Origin: a virus
Taxonomy: Duplodnaviria > Caudoviricetes
Length of the DNA: 64,000 bases
IMG/VR virus record: IMGVR_UViG_3300031992_002338
Direction: 5' to 3' (one strand)
Positions 1-10,231 of the stretch are shown piece after piece. The notes under the pieces are model-generated. The model was given only the letters and a program-made list of their open reading frames with translations, searched no databases and had not been told where the DNA came from. The first letter of the stretch is position 1. Every line of letters begins with the position of its first letter. The translations under genes were made by a program, and so were the position numbers.

Positions 1-391
1 AACCGCCATCTTTTCCATATTTTTTACTCATATGATACACATTATGGTTTAATCTATGTGGATTCTCATCACCAAAATCATGGTCACGTGAGCCGCTTAC
101 AGAAAAATCATCCATAGTATTTAAATTTATAGCACCATTTTCACCACCATAAGGTTTATCGTATTGTCCTTCTAACCCATATTTTTTGTCAAATTCGTCA
201 CGAGCAGCATTCCTGAAATCATAAGACCTATTCCATTGATGTGCTGTATGAGGGTTGTTTGTCCTAAACTCATCATTTTTCCTAGCAGCATTTGCATATG
301 TCTTCCAATCAAGCTCTGACAGTACGTTCTTTATGGATTCCTCAATAAAGTTATGAAGGTCTCCTTCTGTCAATCTTAAAATCTTTTTCAT
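1..391 (-). CDS. Hypothetical protein with LTExDL N-terminal leader, 3' end beyond the window (not in ORF track)
   Basis: ATG at 391 reads MKKILRLTEGDLHNFIEESIKNVLSELDWKTYANAARK... and stays open to base 1. Confidence 0.85.
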   Translation of the reverse strand, partial: MKKILRLTEGDLHNFIEESIKNVLSELDWKTYANAARKNDEFRTNNPHTAHQWNRSYDFRNAARDEFDKKYGLEGQYDKPYGGENGAINLNTMDDFSVSGSRDHDFGDENPHRLNHNVYHMSKKYGKDGG

Positions 392-399
392 TGCGTTCT

Positions 400-669
400 T
401 TAGAAATCCTTTAACCAAAGAGCTTTTTGCAAGTAATCAATAAGCTCATTATTATTTGTACGATATAGTTCTGCTGCCTTTGTAGAGTCAGCACCATCTA
501 TAGCCTCTTGAGAGTTATAATCCTTGTCACCAAACACACTACTAACTTTGATGATGTCATAGTATGCGCCAACAGCGTAATGTCCATTAGCACCGAATAC
601 CATAGAATCCTCGTCAAGGTGCATTGCCATTGCTTTTAAAAGGTCACTATCTTTAATTTTTTTTGCCAT
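400..669 (-). CDS. Hypothetical protein (probably late/virion-associated)
   Basis: 89-aa ORF; TATTTAT motif ~21 nt upstream; co-oriented with the leader-bearing gene downstream. Confidence 0.7.
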   Translation of the reverse strand: MAKKIKDSDLLKAMAMHLDEDSMVFGANGHYAVGAYYDIIKVSSVFGDKDYNSQEAIDGADSTKAAELYRTNNNELIDYLQKALWLKDF

Positions 670-689
670 TTTACGTAAAATATTTTAAA

Positions 690-696
690 ATAAATA
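690..696 (-). promoter_or_regulatory. Candidate late promoter TATTTAT
   Basis: Same heptamer (one variant) lies 17-22 nt upstream of five minus-strand late/virion gene starts. Confidence 0.5.
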
Positions 697-706
697 TCTC
701 AAAATA

Positions 707-738
707 TTTGTTTTTCTCAATATTTTAATATATCTTTG
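707..738 (+). promoter_or_regulatory. Bacteroidota sigma-A-type promoter
   Basis: TTTG(707-710)-20 nt-TATCTTTG(731-738). Confidence 0.85.
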
Positions 739-765
739 CAAACAAAAACTAAATTTTTTAAAATT

Positions 766-1302
766 ATGAGTATAATAGCATTTAAAATCTTTGAAGACCG
801 CATTCAAGTGGCAGCAGATGGTAGAGCATTATTAAGTGACCAAATTATATGCGAAAATACGAAAAAAATTAAAAAACTCTCTGATTCCTTAATAATTGGC
901 ATAACTGGCACTGCTAATTCAAATGGTATATTTGAAAAGTTTATCCTATGTAATCAAAATTATTTTGAGAACTTAAATAATGAAACCGAAGGACTATCAA
1001 TGATGAAACGGTTTAAAGATTATTTGGAAAACTATGGTTATAATGATGAATCAATTAAAAAATTAGGTGGATTTTTAATAGTTAATAAAACTTTTTTATG
1101 TGTGTTTTATTTTGATGAAAATTGTCTTCCTTACACATATTTATGTAGTTACGAAACCAATAGTGGCGCATTCGGTTCAACTGGAATCTATACTACCGCC
1201 TTAATAGATAGTGGCTTATCACTTGAAGAGGCAATAAAAATGTCAGCAAAAAAGTATACTTCAATTAATGATAATGTAACTGTTTTAGAAATTAGTAGAT
1301 AA
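766..1302 (+). CDS. HslV/proteasome-beta-like Ntn hydrolase
   Basis: MSIIA...QVAADGR...KKI...IGITG...AFGSTG follows the T1 protease pattern; start moved to ATG 766 because the TTG at 736 lies inside the promoter. Confidence 0.7.
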   Translation: MSIIAFKIFEDRIQVAADGRALLSDQIICENTKKIKKLSDSLIIGITGTANSNGIFEKFILCNQNYFENLNNETEGLSMMKRFKDYLENYGYNDESIKKLGGFLIVNKTFLCVFYFDENCLPYTYLCSYETNSGAFGSTGIYTTALIDSGLSLEEAIKMSAKKYTSINDNVTVLEISR

Positions 1303-2324
1303 TGCAAGAATTAGAAAAGCTATATAACATATTAACTGTATTTCTTGGGGATGCAAAAAATGGATTTGATGAAAGAAATTTGCAATTTCAATTTCCATGT
1401 CCACACTGTATAGAAAAATATGGGTATCAAGAGGCTAGAAAATATAACTTAGAGGTATCTCTTGAGAAAGGAGGGGTATATCAATGCTGGAAATGTAGTT
1501 CTGAAGGTGATGACCTTATGCATGGTTCTATTAAAAAACTGATAAAAGCATTTGGAAATGACAAATTATTGGAAGAATACATATCTGTAATTCATTCAAT
1601 AAAAGACAGTGAATTGTATAAACTTCATTTTGATAACTTTGACACTTCGATTATTGAAAAGGAAGAACTGAAACTTCCTCAGTCATTTAAACTTTTCAAA
1701 AAAAATAAAAAAAATAATTATGGAGCAATAAAATATCTCCAAAATAGAGGAATTGGATGGGATATTATAGAAAAATATAAAATAGGATATACTGAAATAG
1801 AAAATGAGAATAAGAAAGGCTCATTCCGCATTATTATACCATCATATAATGCCCTAGGGGAGCTTAATTATTGGGTTGGTAGGGATTATCTACCAAAGTC
1901 TGAAAAATACACTCAGAGGCTAAAATATGACAATCCAAAAGTTGAAAAAAAGGAAATAATATTCAATGAGGAAAAAATACAATGGGATGCTGATATAACG
2001 CTCGTAGAGGGTACGTTTGACCACATTGTTGTACCCAACTCAATACCGCTTTTAGGTAAAGCTTTAAATAAAGACTATAAACTATACTGGGAACTTATAA
2101 ATCGCGCAAATGCAAAAATTAACATAATGCTTGATGGCGATGCCTATGGTACTGTTAAAGAGATATATAAACTGTTGAATCATGGTAGGTTGTATGATAA
2201 AGTGAGGTACATACCAGTTGTGGAAAAAGATGACCCATCATCTTTATATCAAGAAGGTGGCTATAAAAAAATTGCTGAACATCTTGCGAATGCCCAGCAA
2301 ATTAAAGAGGTATACCTATATTAG
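1302..2324 (+). CDS. DNA primase (DnaG/T4 gp61-like)
   Basis: Zn finger CPHC...CWKC; RIIIP...YWVGR; TOPRIM motifs LVEGTFD and MLDGDA; DDP. Confidence 0.9.
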   Translation: MQELEKLYNILTVFLGDAKNGFDERNLQFQFPCPHCIEKYGYQEARKYNLEVSLEKGGVYQCWKCSSEGDDLMHGSIKKLIKAFGNDKLLEEYISVIHSIKDSELYKLHFDNFDTSIIEKEELKLPQSFKLFKKNKKNNYGAIKYLQNRGIGWDIIEKYKIGYTEIENENKKGSFRIIIPSYNALGELNYWVGRDYLPKSEKYTQRLKYDNPKVEKKEIIFNEEKIQWDADITLVEGTFDHIVVPNSIPLLGKALNKDYKLYWELINRANAKINIMLDGDAYGTVKEIYKLLNHGRLYDKVRYIPVVEKDDPSSLYQEGGYKKIAEHLANAQQIKEVYLY

Positions 2325-2332
2325 TAGTATTA

Positions 2333-2449
2333 TCAAAATTGAACTTTTTCTAGTGCTTTACCAAATTTATGAATGGCTACAAATATTAGCATTAACATTG
2401 CTAATAATACGATGATTACAGCAATTAAAATCCAATCTAATGTGGTCAT
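2333..2449 (-). CDS. 38-aa single-pass membrane peptide (not in ORF track)
   Basis: MTTLDWILIAVIIVLLAMLMLIFVAIHKFGKALEKVQF; ATGA overlap with the upstream gene stop. Confidence 0.65.
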   Translation of the reverse strand: MTTLDWILIAVIIVLLAMLMLIFVAIHKFGKALEKVQF

Positions 2450-2661
2450 AGATATTTCTTATTACGTTCAATAATCTTGTTAACAATTTCTTTTGAATCA
2501 CAATCGAGAAATTCATAGTTGAATCTCTCACCTTCCTTGTTACGCACATATGAAGGTTTACCACTTCTAAAGATGTTTATTTCAGAGGCATACACCACCC
2601 TGAACCAAAGAACCCCTCGAAATACAAGCCTAACTTCTTCGTTTAATGTAATTTTATCCAT
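2446..2661 (-). CDS. Hypothetical protein
   Basis: MDKITLNEE...; ATG overlaps the stop of the upstream 56-aa ORF. Confidence 0.65.
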   Translation of the reverse strand: MDKITLNEEVRLVFRGVLWFRVVYASEINIFRSGKPSYVRNKEGERFNYEFLDCDSKEIVNKIIERNKKYL

Positions 2662-2824
2662 TTTCTCTATAGTATTCAAAGTGTCTGTTTACTTCACCAT
2701 TAGCATTCTTGCAAGGCATAGGGTACTTATAAGGATAACAGAAATCCTTTAAAGCGCATTTCTGACAGTTGTTTGAGGTGTCACCCTCAACAATTATTAG
2801 TTTTCTTCCGAAAATTTCAATCAT
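2654..2824 (-). CDS. 56-aa Cys-rich, probably metal-binding protein (not in ORF track)
   Basis: MIEIFGRKLIIVEGDTSNNCQKCALKDFCYPYKYPMPCKN...; C-x2-C-x5-C-x8-C; first gene after the promoter at 2851-2882. Confidence 0.7.
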   Translation of the reverse strand: MIEIFGRKLIIVEGDTSNNCQKCALKDFCYPYKYPMPCKNANGEVNRHFEYYRENG

Positions 2825-2850
2825 TGTATTATGTTTTTTTGTTTATGATG

Positions 2851-2896
2851 CAAAGATACGAAAAAAAATTGGAGTGACCAAATAATCACCCCAACT
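2851..2896 (-). promoter_or_regulatory. Fused intrinsic terminator and sigma-A promoter
   Basis: Minus strand AGTTGGGGTGA-TTATTTGG-TCACTCCAATT-TTTTTT-CG-TATCTTTG; -33 TTTG in the loop, 20-nt spacer. Confidence 0.8.
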
Positions 2897-2897
2897 T

Positions 2898-3065
2898 TTA
2901 ACACAATTTAATGTAATCATTAATATCCATTTTATTACCGTCTTTATCAAAGAACTTATATGTGGCAATACCATTTTTATTCATATACCACTCTACCCTA
3001 AAATATGGTATGTACTTCTCAGTAGAAGACCATGTAATGTCATCTTCACTATATATTCTAGGCAT
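2898..3065 (-). CDS. 55-aa hypothetical protein downstream of endolysin (not in ORF track)
   Basis: MPRIYSEDDITWSSTEKYIPYFRVEWY...IKLC; ends exactly at the terminator hairpin. Confidence 0.6.
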   Translation of the reverse strand: MPRIYSEDDITWSSTEKYIPYFRVEWYMNKNGIATYKFFDKDGNKMDINDYIKLC

Positions 3066-3090
3066 ATCACTTAAATTTTAAAAAAAATTA

Positions 3091-3594
3091 TCACTCAAAC
3101 TTGAAATCATTTAGTCTGTTAAGCCAACCACGTAAGAACTTTTTCTTAGCCCTAGTTGCAATAGATTCAAAATGTTTTTTCCTTCTATTCCAAAGCTTTT
3201 GAAACAACTCCTTTTGATTTGGGTAGTTGTTAATCGCTGCAATTGTCTTCGGACCTACTACACCATCATCTTTAACACCCAAAATCCTTTGTGGAAATTT
3301 GATACCATATACGCCACTAGTCCAATACCAATCAACAAGAAGGTTTGCAATTGATTGATTCTTAATTGCATCACCACTCCATTTATTCCAATAGCGTTGT
3401 ATGAATATGCTATCCCATTGAGAATCCGTAATGTTGCGTAAATCTTTACAAGTCTTTGACTTTCCAAAATATTTCCTATATGTGTTTATTGTAATACCTT
3501 TCATTGTGCATCCTCCATCCGTATCAGCTGGGTCAGATGCATAACCCCCTTCCCATTTTAAAACAATGGGTTTTAATTTCTTATAACTTGCCAT
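3091..3594 (-). CDS. Endolysin, glycoside hydrolase family 108 with C-terminal peptidoglycan-binding domain
   Basis: WEGGY...DGGCTMKGIT catalytic motif; DGVVGPKT; FLRGWLNR. Confidence 0.92.
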   Translation of the reverse strand: MASYKKLKPIVLKWEGGYASDPADTDGGCTMKGITINTYRKYFGKSKTCKDLRNITDSQWDSIFIQRYWNKWSGDAIKNQSIANLLVDWYWTSGVYGIKFPQRILGVKDDGVVGPKTIAAINNYPNQKELFQKLWNRRKKHFESIATRAKKKFLRGWLNRLNDFKFE

Positions 3595-3611
3595 AACTTA
3601 ATATTTTTACA

Positions 3612-3618
3612 ATAAATA
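3612..3618 (-). promoter_or_regulatory. Candidate late promoter TATTTAT
   Basis: 18 nt upstream of the endolysin ATG. Confidence 0.5.
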
Positions 3619-3619
3619 T

Positions 3620-3650
3620 TTTGTTTTTTAACAATTTTTTTATATATTTG
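3620..3650 (+). promoter_or_regulatory. Bacteroidota sigma-A-type promoter
   Basis: TTTG-19 nt-TATATTTG. Confidence 0.85.
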
Positions 3651-3668
3651 CAAAAATATGTATATGTT

Positions 3669-4493
3669 ATGAAAAATATTAAATTAGTTATACATTGTGC
3701 CGATATTCATATAAGGTTAAATCAAAGAATGGAAGAATATGTTAATGTTCTTGATAATTTTATAAAAAAATGTAAAGAAATTACAAAAAATTATGAAAGA
3801 AAAGAAATAAGAATTGTAATTTGTGGAGACTTACTACATAGCAAAAATCAACTTAGTCCTAATTTGATTACAATTGCTAGCTTTTTCCTAAGACAATTGG
3901 AAAAAATCGCTACCGTCATTGTAATCGCTGGAAATCATGACTTGGTTGTAAATAATACTTCTAAAATTGATTCTATAACGGCACTATTCGATACAGCAAA
4001 CTTCCAAGACTGCAAATTCCTAGATAGTATGCTAGGATATGAAAGTGGGTTTGTTGAGGATGATAATGTTGTATGGGCTTTATATTCCATATATAGCGGA
4101 TATAACCCACCAAACTTTAATGATTTAACGGTATATGATAAACCAGTTATTGGTCTTTATCATGGAATGGTTGTTGGTGCTTCACTAAATAATGGTACAG
4201 TAGTTGACAACGGAGTTGAAGGTAGCCTATTTGATGGATGTACTTGTGTTATGGCTGGAGATATTCATAAACGACAAATTCTTAAACGTGGTGATGTTGA
4301 CATCGTGTATCCAGGTTCTCTAATTCAACAGACATTTGGTGAAACCGTTTCTCAGCATGGCTTTGTGGTTTGGAATATAGAGAATATGACACATGAATTT
4401 GTTGATTTAAAAACTGAATATGGATTATATGATATTGAGATAGAATCTCTTGAAGATTTAGATAATGATAAAGAAAAACTGATTAACTTTTAA
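3669..4493 (+). CDS. Mre11/SbcD/T4 gp47-like metallophosphoesterase nuclease
   Basis: HCADIH, CGDLLH, AGNHD, YHG, AGDIH and YPGS motifs; start placed at ATG 3669, downstream of the promoter. Confidence 0.88.
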   Translation: MKNIKLVIHCADIHIRLNQRMEEYVNVLDNFIKKCKEITKNYERKEIRIVICGDLLHSKNQLSPNLITIASFFLRQLEKIATVIVIAGNHDLVVNNTSKIDSITALFDTANFQDCKFLDSMLGYESGFVEDDNVVWALYSIYSGYNPPNFNDLTVYDKPVIGLYHGMVVGASLNNGTVVDNGVEGSLFDGCTCVMAGDIHKRQILKRGDVDIVYPGSLIQQTFGETVSQHGFVVWNIENMTHEFVDLKTEYGLYDIEIESLEDLDNDKEKLINF

Positions 4494-5385
4494 TGTTAAT
4501 CAGTTTTTTGATTTCTATATAAGAATCTCCTTGGAAATTATCGCTTTCTTCTTTATCTCTTAATGTTATATTTCCAACAAGTGTATAAACAAATGTTTTT
4601 TCCGAAATGCTAGTTTTCTGCGAAGACATTGAAAATAAATTATATGTATTGCCCATGACGCAAGGAGCTGTTGTCCAATTATCTATTTTATTTCCAGGTA
4701 TATTATATGTGCATTCATATGTCCATTCAATTACTTGATTGCTTTCACAGCTTACAATTTTTGTTCCAAGTGATTCTATAAGTTCTTCAACGCTGTGTGA
4801 CTTGCTTTCATTTTCCGTTTGTTGGTTTATATTGGTGCAAGTCGCATCAGTCAAGAAATATGTAATATTTTCTTCATGATGTTCGATATCAGCATTATAG
4901 TCTTCAATTAAAATCCCATAAATCGAAGGTTTACAAGCTGCGTCTTGGTCAGATGTCATTGTACTTTCACAATTTCCAATGGAAAACTTATATGTGGCTC
5001 TTCTTTCTTTCTCTGAAGTGTTCTTAAGGACTTTAGCCATTATAGAGCCATTATAGAATTCAAAATCGTATAAGAAGTCTGTGTTTCCACTTAAATATGA
5101 GACGTTCCATTCCCCATCACAGTTACTGCTGTAATATGTACCGATTGTAATTCTATCTTCGCTGCCTTCACTAGGTAAAAATATACCGTTAGGATATACT
5201 CCGCAATTACATTGACAATCAGAGCTAGCACGAACAGTGTGAGTGGCTGTTATTGAATTTCCTTTGTCATTGGTATATGTTATTGTGTATACCATGTCTT
5301 CATTTCCCTTGTTTGGTTGGAAAATGGCATATCCATTATTATTAATTGTTGCGGTATCATTTGGTGAAATGCTCCAAGTACCCAT
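4483..5385 (-). CDS. Virion protein with Ig-like/BACON-like beta-sandwich segments
   Basis: Last gene of the structural block; NTSEKERRATYKF resembles BACON; Thr/Asn/Cys-rich. Confidence 0.5.
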   Translation of the reverse strand: MGTWSISPNDTATINNNGYAIFQPNKGNEDMVYTITYTNDKGNSITATHTVRASSDCQCNCGVYPNGIFLPSEGSEDRITIGTYYSSNCDGEWNVSYLSGNTDFLYDFEFYNGSIMAKVLKNTSEKERRATYKFSIGNCESTMTSDQDAACKPSIYGILIEDYNADIEHHEENITYFLTDATCTNINQQTENESKSHSVEELIESLGTKIVSCESNQVIEWTYECTYNIPGNKIDNWTTAPCVMGNTYNLFSMSSQKTSISEKTFVYTLVGNITLRDKEESDNFQGDSYIEIKKLINIKS

Positions 5386-5387
5386 AA

Positions 5388-8300
5388 TTAATTATTGTTT
5401 TTTTGCGTTATTTTAAATTTTTTCTTTCCACCAGAACATTTTGAATAACTTCTATTTGGTGAAATAATACTACAAGTTGGTGAATCTTTTTCTATTAGTT
5501 GTCCTTTTCTAGTTCTACCTGTATCTTGCTGTTCACTACCATTTATAATTACTTCCTTTTCAATGGCATACAAGTCAGTTCCATCGCACATCATTTCACC
5601 ACTAATTTCAATCCAATCTGTCTTTGGGTCTGGCGTAGGTTCTGGAGGTTCTGGTTCAACATACCCACATTCTTCTGAATTAATACTAATAAGTTTTCCT
5701 AATTTAGTTTTACCAGTCTTAGTCCATTCGTTTCCTCCGTCAGTGGATATATATTCCTCTAATTTTTCATATAAATCATAATTAAGGCATTCTGTCCCAG
5801 CTGCTTCCCATTTTTGTTTGGTTGGCGTTCCATTTCCGATATATTGAACATCGAATATTGTTGTAGAAGGAATCATTTGTGCTAAATAGTTCATGACAAC
5901 AGTATCAAGGTATTTTATTTCACATTGTCCTTCTTTACTATACCATTTATTGTGGAGATAGAATTTTATAGTAAGCCTCTTGTTATTCATGATTTGATTG
6001 GTAACATCATCTATATCTTTTTGACTATCAATGTTTACCATATTCTCTAATGTATAAGGTGTACCACCAATCATTCCTTTTGTAAGATTGTATGCACAAT
6101 TTCCAGAACTTACTTCTTCTTCTGATTTATCACTAAGTGTATATGAGCTAACATTAAATTCATCACCATCTATCCTATATTTTCTATACATTTCTTCAAG
6201 AGCTTGTGCCTTATTTGAATCTTCTCCGTAGAACATGACTGTATTACATTTGGTTAATGCGCTTTCTTTATGCCTAGCGCATTTATCTTCTTTGTCATAG
6301 TCTATTTTATAATAAGAGCCGAAGTAGTGTATTTTGGTATCAGTAAGTCCAGATATATAAGGGAAATATTGTTTTATTTCCTCATTTTCATGTATCAAGT
6401 TCTCAAATCCATATCCATAAATTTCATTTTCCAAATGATAGTAATATGACTCATAGCATCTTTCGTCAAACAGTTCATTTTCAATTGGGTATTTAAACAA
6501 TCTTTTGAAATGTGTTAAATATTCATGACCGCTATCATATTTCATATTTCCATTATGCGGGTTATTACCTTCATAATAATTGGTAATGGTGTTAACTTTA
6601 ATATATTCTTGGTCATTATCTTTAAGCCTTCTCCAACCATTATTAATCTCATTTGTTGCCAATCTATTCGAGTAATATGAATTATCTATTATGAAATAGT
6701 TGGTTGTATTATCAGTGACCTCATCATCTAATATCATGAAGGTATCAATGGTATAGGCCCCATCATAGTTAGACTTACACACGAACTGTGGTTTATCATC
6801 TGATTCGTTGTCTTGGTCTTTGTATAGGATATATGCCTTGACCTCGTATCCATTATCCTTATCATAGATGTTATAAATTACCTCTTCGCCTTTATTATTA
6901 TAGACAACAATTGTTGAGGTGAAGAACTTATCATCACCAATCTTTATGTAATCGTATTCTTTAATTAAAGAAATGTACCTATATGGTTTCTCGTTATCGC
7001 CTGAATATTCATACTTTATTGTAAACACATCATTATCCACGATTGCTATTCCATTTTCCACATGTGTGACATAGAATATTGACCCGTCATCAATGGTATT
7101 TATCGGAGTTGATATTAAATCTTTAATGGTATCAACTCTTTTTATATTCCTTATTGTTTCTTTATATAATGGGTGGTTATCTATTACTTCGTCATCTTCA
7201 TCGCTTCCTTCTGGAACATAACAAGTATATGCAATATTATCGTCAACATCATATTGGAAGTTGTATTTTCCTTCATCGAAACATTGTTCTCTGTCATCAC
7301 AGTCTTGTACGGTCTTTGACATCCATCCACCATCCATTTGGAAATATGGATTTCCATCCAACTCGTCATATTTGTTGAAATCTGGATATAAGAATCTTCT
7401 CTTAACTGGTGCGTTATTCTCATCTATTCTCTTGAATGCATCGTCTTTTTTGTTAGTGTATTCTTGAAGGTTTTTTGGGTCAGCATCTAACGGGCTTACC
7501 TCTATATAACATTCATTTAATGGTTCTTTTTCATCATTATTAAAATCATATTGTTCTTCAACATCTCTATATTTAACAGGCAATCCTTGATAAGGTACAT
7601 AGTCACTTTGTGAACCATATTTCGTATAGTTAGATGTATTTCTATTATCATAGGTAATTGTTTTTGTTGAATTAATCCAGTCAATTCTATACATTTGGTG
7701 AACTGCATCCCATTTCTCATCTAATCTTTTTGCAAAAGAAGAATATTCAACTATGTCATAATCGTAATCATTTGTTTTGCATCCCAAGTCTTTTGTATAC
7801 TGCGGAAGTCTATCGACCCACCTTTTGCTTTTAAGCCCAAACATGGCTAGTATCATCTCTATACCTTCGATAGTTCCTTTATGACGCCAGATGTAAGGAG
7901 AATTTATGACTAATCTCCTAATGAATTCATTATTAGCATCTAGATAAGTATATGAACGTTCGTCAGAAAAAGCTTTTATTCTATTAAGAAGTTTACCATT
8001 AGATTCATCATAATATGTATTGCCACTACCTTCTGCTGTTAAGTATTTATATTTAGCTTCATCTTCGGTATCATCACTATCGTTATTATAACAGTCTTGT
8101 TGTTTACCTACTGCCCAGCAAGGTGGTGTACCATCGCTACATGAAACGAAGTATCCGTCAGGAAATTCTAGCAAACCATTCCTATATGGTCTAACCTCTT
8201 TTTTCATGTTTTGGCTAAATTGTCTAACAATTTTTTTATCACCTTCTTTGTTATCAAGTTGTTGTTGAATATCGTACTCATCTGGGTCTATATATACCTT

Positions 8301-10229
8301 TACATTATTTTCATCAAAATAATATTCTTCAAGGTTATATGGATATACAAGGCATACATCCCATCCTTTATTTTCTGCTTGGTCAATTAGGAAGTAATCT
8401 GGAATATTGCTTCTTTCGTCATATGTTACTCTATTAACATTCCTGATATTGTTAATATAAGTTAGTATTTCATCGAACTCTCTAGCAAACACCCTCAAAG
8501 CTTTTTGTATTTTTTGACCGCCATTAACATATTCTTCTTCGTCACCGTAAGTGAATTCACGAGTATATGTCCAGTCAAAATTCTTGATAGCCTCATGGGT
8601 CATTGACCTATATAGGTTATCAGTAAACAATTCATCATAATATGTTCCAATCTCAGCGAATCTACTTGTATATTCAGTAAATCCAAATGATTTTGCATCC
8701 AAATTATAATTACCATAAGATGTTGGGAATGTAAATGTTTCCAATTCTCTATAATATCCTCTTTCATTATCTTTTATTACAGAAAATACAGCATTATATC
8801 TTGGCGTTGTTTTTCTATCGACAATAATGTTTTGGAAATTATCGCATCCGTTATAGAAATCCACAATGAATTTTTCTTTTGGCCTTATATGTATGCCTTC
8901 TTTGTTAGACAAATACACTATTTCATCATTATCACCAATCCAAGCACCAAAAACTACACTTTTGCCATCTTCATCTTGGTCATTTACATCAAGTTCGTTT
9001 TTCGGTGTTGCTGAAATACTAGCAGCCTTGTATCCTTTACATGGTGTCCCAAAATAGCATTCTATGTTTCCGCACATTGCACCTTTAGCTATTGTGTATA
9101 CAGTGTTTTCCTCCCATTCTTCTGGTACATTTTCTTGTGCCTCTTCAAGTGTTTCAAAAAACTTACCATATACAGAATATTCAGTACAAGGACAATCTCC
9201 AGTAATGGTTACTATTTTTTCTATTCTATATTTGTCATTGTAATTATTGAAATTTTCTCTAATTTCTCCATCTATAAAATTGTCCACCAATTCTTCATAG
9301 TCATCCTTTCCATTTTCAGTTATAGTGTCATTATCGTTTTCCATCCACCATACTTCATTATCTGGTTTGTTAAAATATTCTTCTAGAATCTCTGGTTTCA
9401 AATAATCATAATAGAAAGCATCGAGGCCATAAATTTCATCTAGGATTCTTTCATGTCTTACGACCTTTATGAAATTTCTCGTTTTCCAAGATTCAATTTC
9501 TTTACCATCAATTCCTTCGTTTTCGATAATTTGATAATTTTTATATCCTTTTTGTGAAAAATACTTTAATTCTTTACCATCTAATGGTTTTTTGATTGAA
9601 TGTATATCAATACCGAATGGATTATCAACATATTTATCATTAGTGGTGTATTCTTCTTCAGAATCATTTGTGCATGTTTTACATTTATTTCCGCTAACTG
9701 TAATCCTTTTGCATTCGCTAGTATTTTCATCTAAATCCCCAAGAAGTTGTCTTCTTTCGATTCGATTGAAGTCAATTGTTACTGTTTGTGTATAATATGC
9801 GTTTTCATTTGTTACATATAGTTCTCCTGGAAATCTAGCTAAAATATCATTTATTGAAGCCCTAAACATTTCAGTTAAAGAACCATAATATGCAAAGTCA
9901 CAGAAATCATAATAGTCTTGTTTTAGGATAATTTTAACGTCATTTTGGTCTTCAAAATCACTAGTCATACTACTTAAGCTATTAAGAGTCCATGTAACAC
10001 CGCTTTCTTCATTTTCTTTCCAGTTTGTTTGGTTGTATTGATTAGCAACTTTGCCATCATTTCTTACGGTGATAATGAAATTGCTGCTTTTATATATTGG
10101 TATTTGTCCAGCAGAAAATTGGTTGACACCACCAATTGTAGTAATGTCACGTTCCCATATAGTTCCATCTGATATTTCTTGATGTCTCTTTCTAAGGATG
10201 TAATTTGAATGCGATTTTATTAGAGCCAT
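5388..10229 (-). CDS. Large baseplate/tail structural protein (1613 aa)
   Basis: In the baseplate operon; IWRHKGTIEGIEMILAMFG resembles wedge/tail protein I motifs; PEPPEPTPDP linker near the C-terminus. Confidence 0.65.
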   Translation of the reverse strand: MALIKSHSNYILRKRHQEISDGTIWERDITTIGGVNQFSAGQIPIYKSSNFIITVRNDGKVANQYNQTNWKENEESGVTWTLNSLSSMTSDFEDQNDVKIILKQDYYDFCDFAYYGSLTEMFRASINDILARFPGELYVTNENAYYTQTVTIDFNRIERRQLLGDLDENTSECKRITVSGNKCKTCTNDSEEEYTTNDKYVDNPFGIDIHSIKKPLDGKELKYFSQKGYKNYQIIENEGIDGKEIESWKTRNFIKVVRHERILDEIYGLDAFYYDYLKPEILEEYFNKPDNEVWWMENDNDTITENGKDDYEELVDNFIDGEIRENFNNYNDKYRIEKIVTITGDCPCTEYSVYGKFFETLEEAQENVPEEWEENTVYTIAKGAMCGNIECYFGTPCKGYKAASISATPKNELDVNDQDEDGKSVVFGAWIGDNDEIVYLSNKEGIHIRPKEKFIVDFYNGCDNFQNIIVDRKTTPRYNAVFSVIKDNERGYYRELETFTFPTSYGNYNLDAKSFGFTEYTSRFAEIGTYYDELFTDNLYRSMTHEAIKNFDWTYTREFTYGDEEEYVNGGQKIQKALRVFAREFDEILTYINNIRNVNRVTYDERSNIPDYFLIDQAENKGWDVCLVYPYNLEEYYFDENNVKVYIDPDEYDIQQQLDNKEGDKKIVRQFSQNMKKEVRPYRNGLLEFPDGYFVSCSDGTPPCWAVGKQQDCYNNDSDDTEDEAKYKYLTAEGSGNTYYDESNGKLLNRIKAFSDERSYTYLDANNEFIRRLVINSPYIWRHKGTIEGIEMILAMFGLKSKRWVDRLPQYTKDLGCKTNDYDYDIVEYSSFAKRLDEKWDAVHQMYRIDWINSTKTITYDNRNTSNYTKYGSQSDYVPYQGLPVKYRDVEEQYDFNNDEKEPLNECYIEVSPLDADPKNLQEYTNKKDDAFKRIDENNAPVKRRFLYPDFNKYDELDGNPYFQMDGGWMSKTVQDCDDREQCFDEGKYNFQYDVDDNIAYTCYVPEGSDEDDEVIDNHPLYKETIRNIKRVDTIKDLISTPINTIDDGSIFYVTHVENGIAIVDNDVFTIKYEYSGDNEKPYRYISLIKEYDYIKIGDDKFFTSTIVVYNNKGEEVIYNIYDKDNGYEVKAYILYKDQDNESDDKPQFVCKSNYDGAYTIDTFMILDDEVTDNTTNYFIIDNSYYSNRLATNEINNGWRRLKDNDQEYIKVNTITNYYEGNNPHNGNMKYDSGHEYLTHFKRLFKYPIENELFDERCYESYYYHLENEIYGYGFENLIHENEEIKQYFPYISGLTDTKIHYFGSYYKIDYDKEDKCARHKESALTKCNTVMFYGEDSNKAQALEEMYRKYRIDGDEFNVSSYTLSDKSEEEVSSGNCAYNLTKGMIGGTPYTLENMVNIDSQKDIDDVTNQIMNNKRLTIKFYLHNKWYSKEGQCEIKYLDTVVMNYLAQMIPSTTIFDVQYIGNGTPTKQKWEAAGTECLNYDLYEKLEEYISTDGGNEWTKTGKTKLGKLISINSEECGYVEPEPPEPTPDPKTDWIEISGEMMCDGTDLYAIEKEVIINGSEQQDTGRTRKGQLIEKDSPTCSIISPNRSYSKCSGGKKKFKITQKNNN

Positions 10230-10231
10230 TT

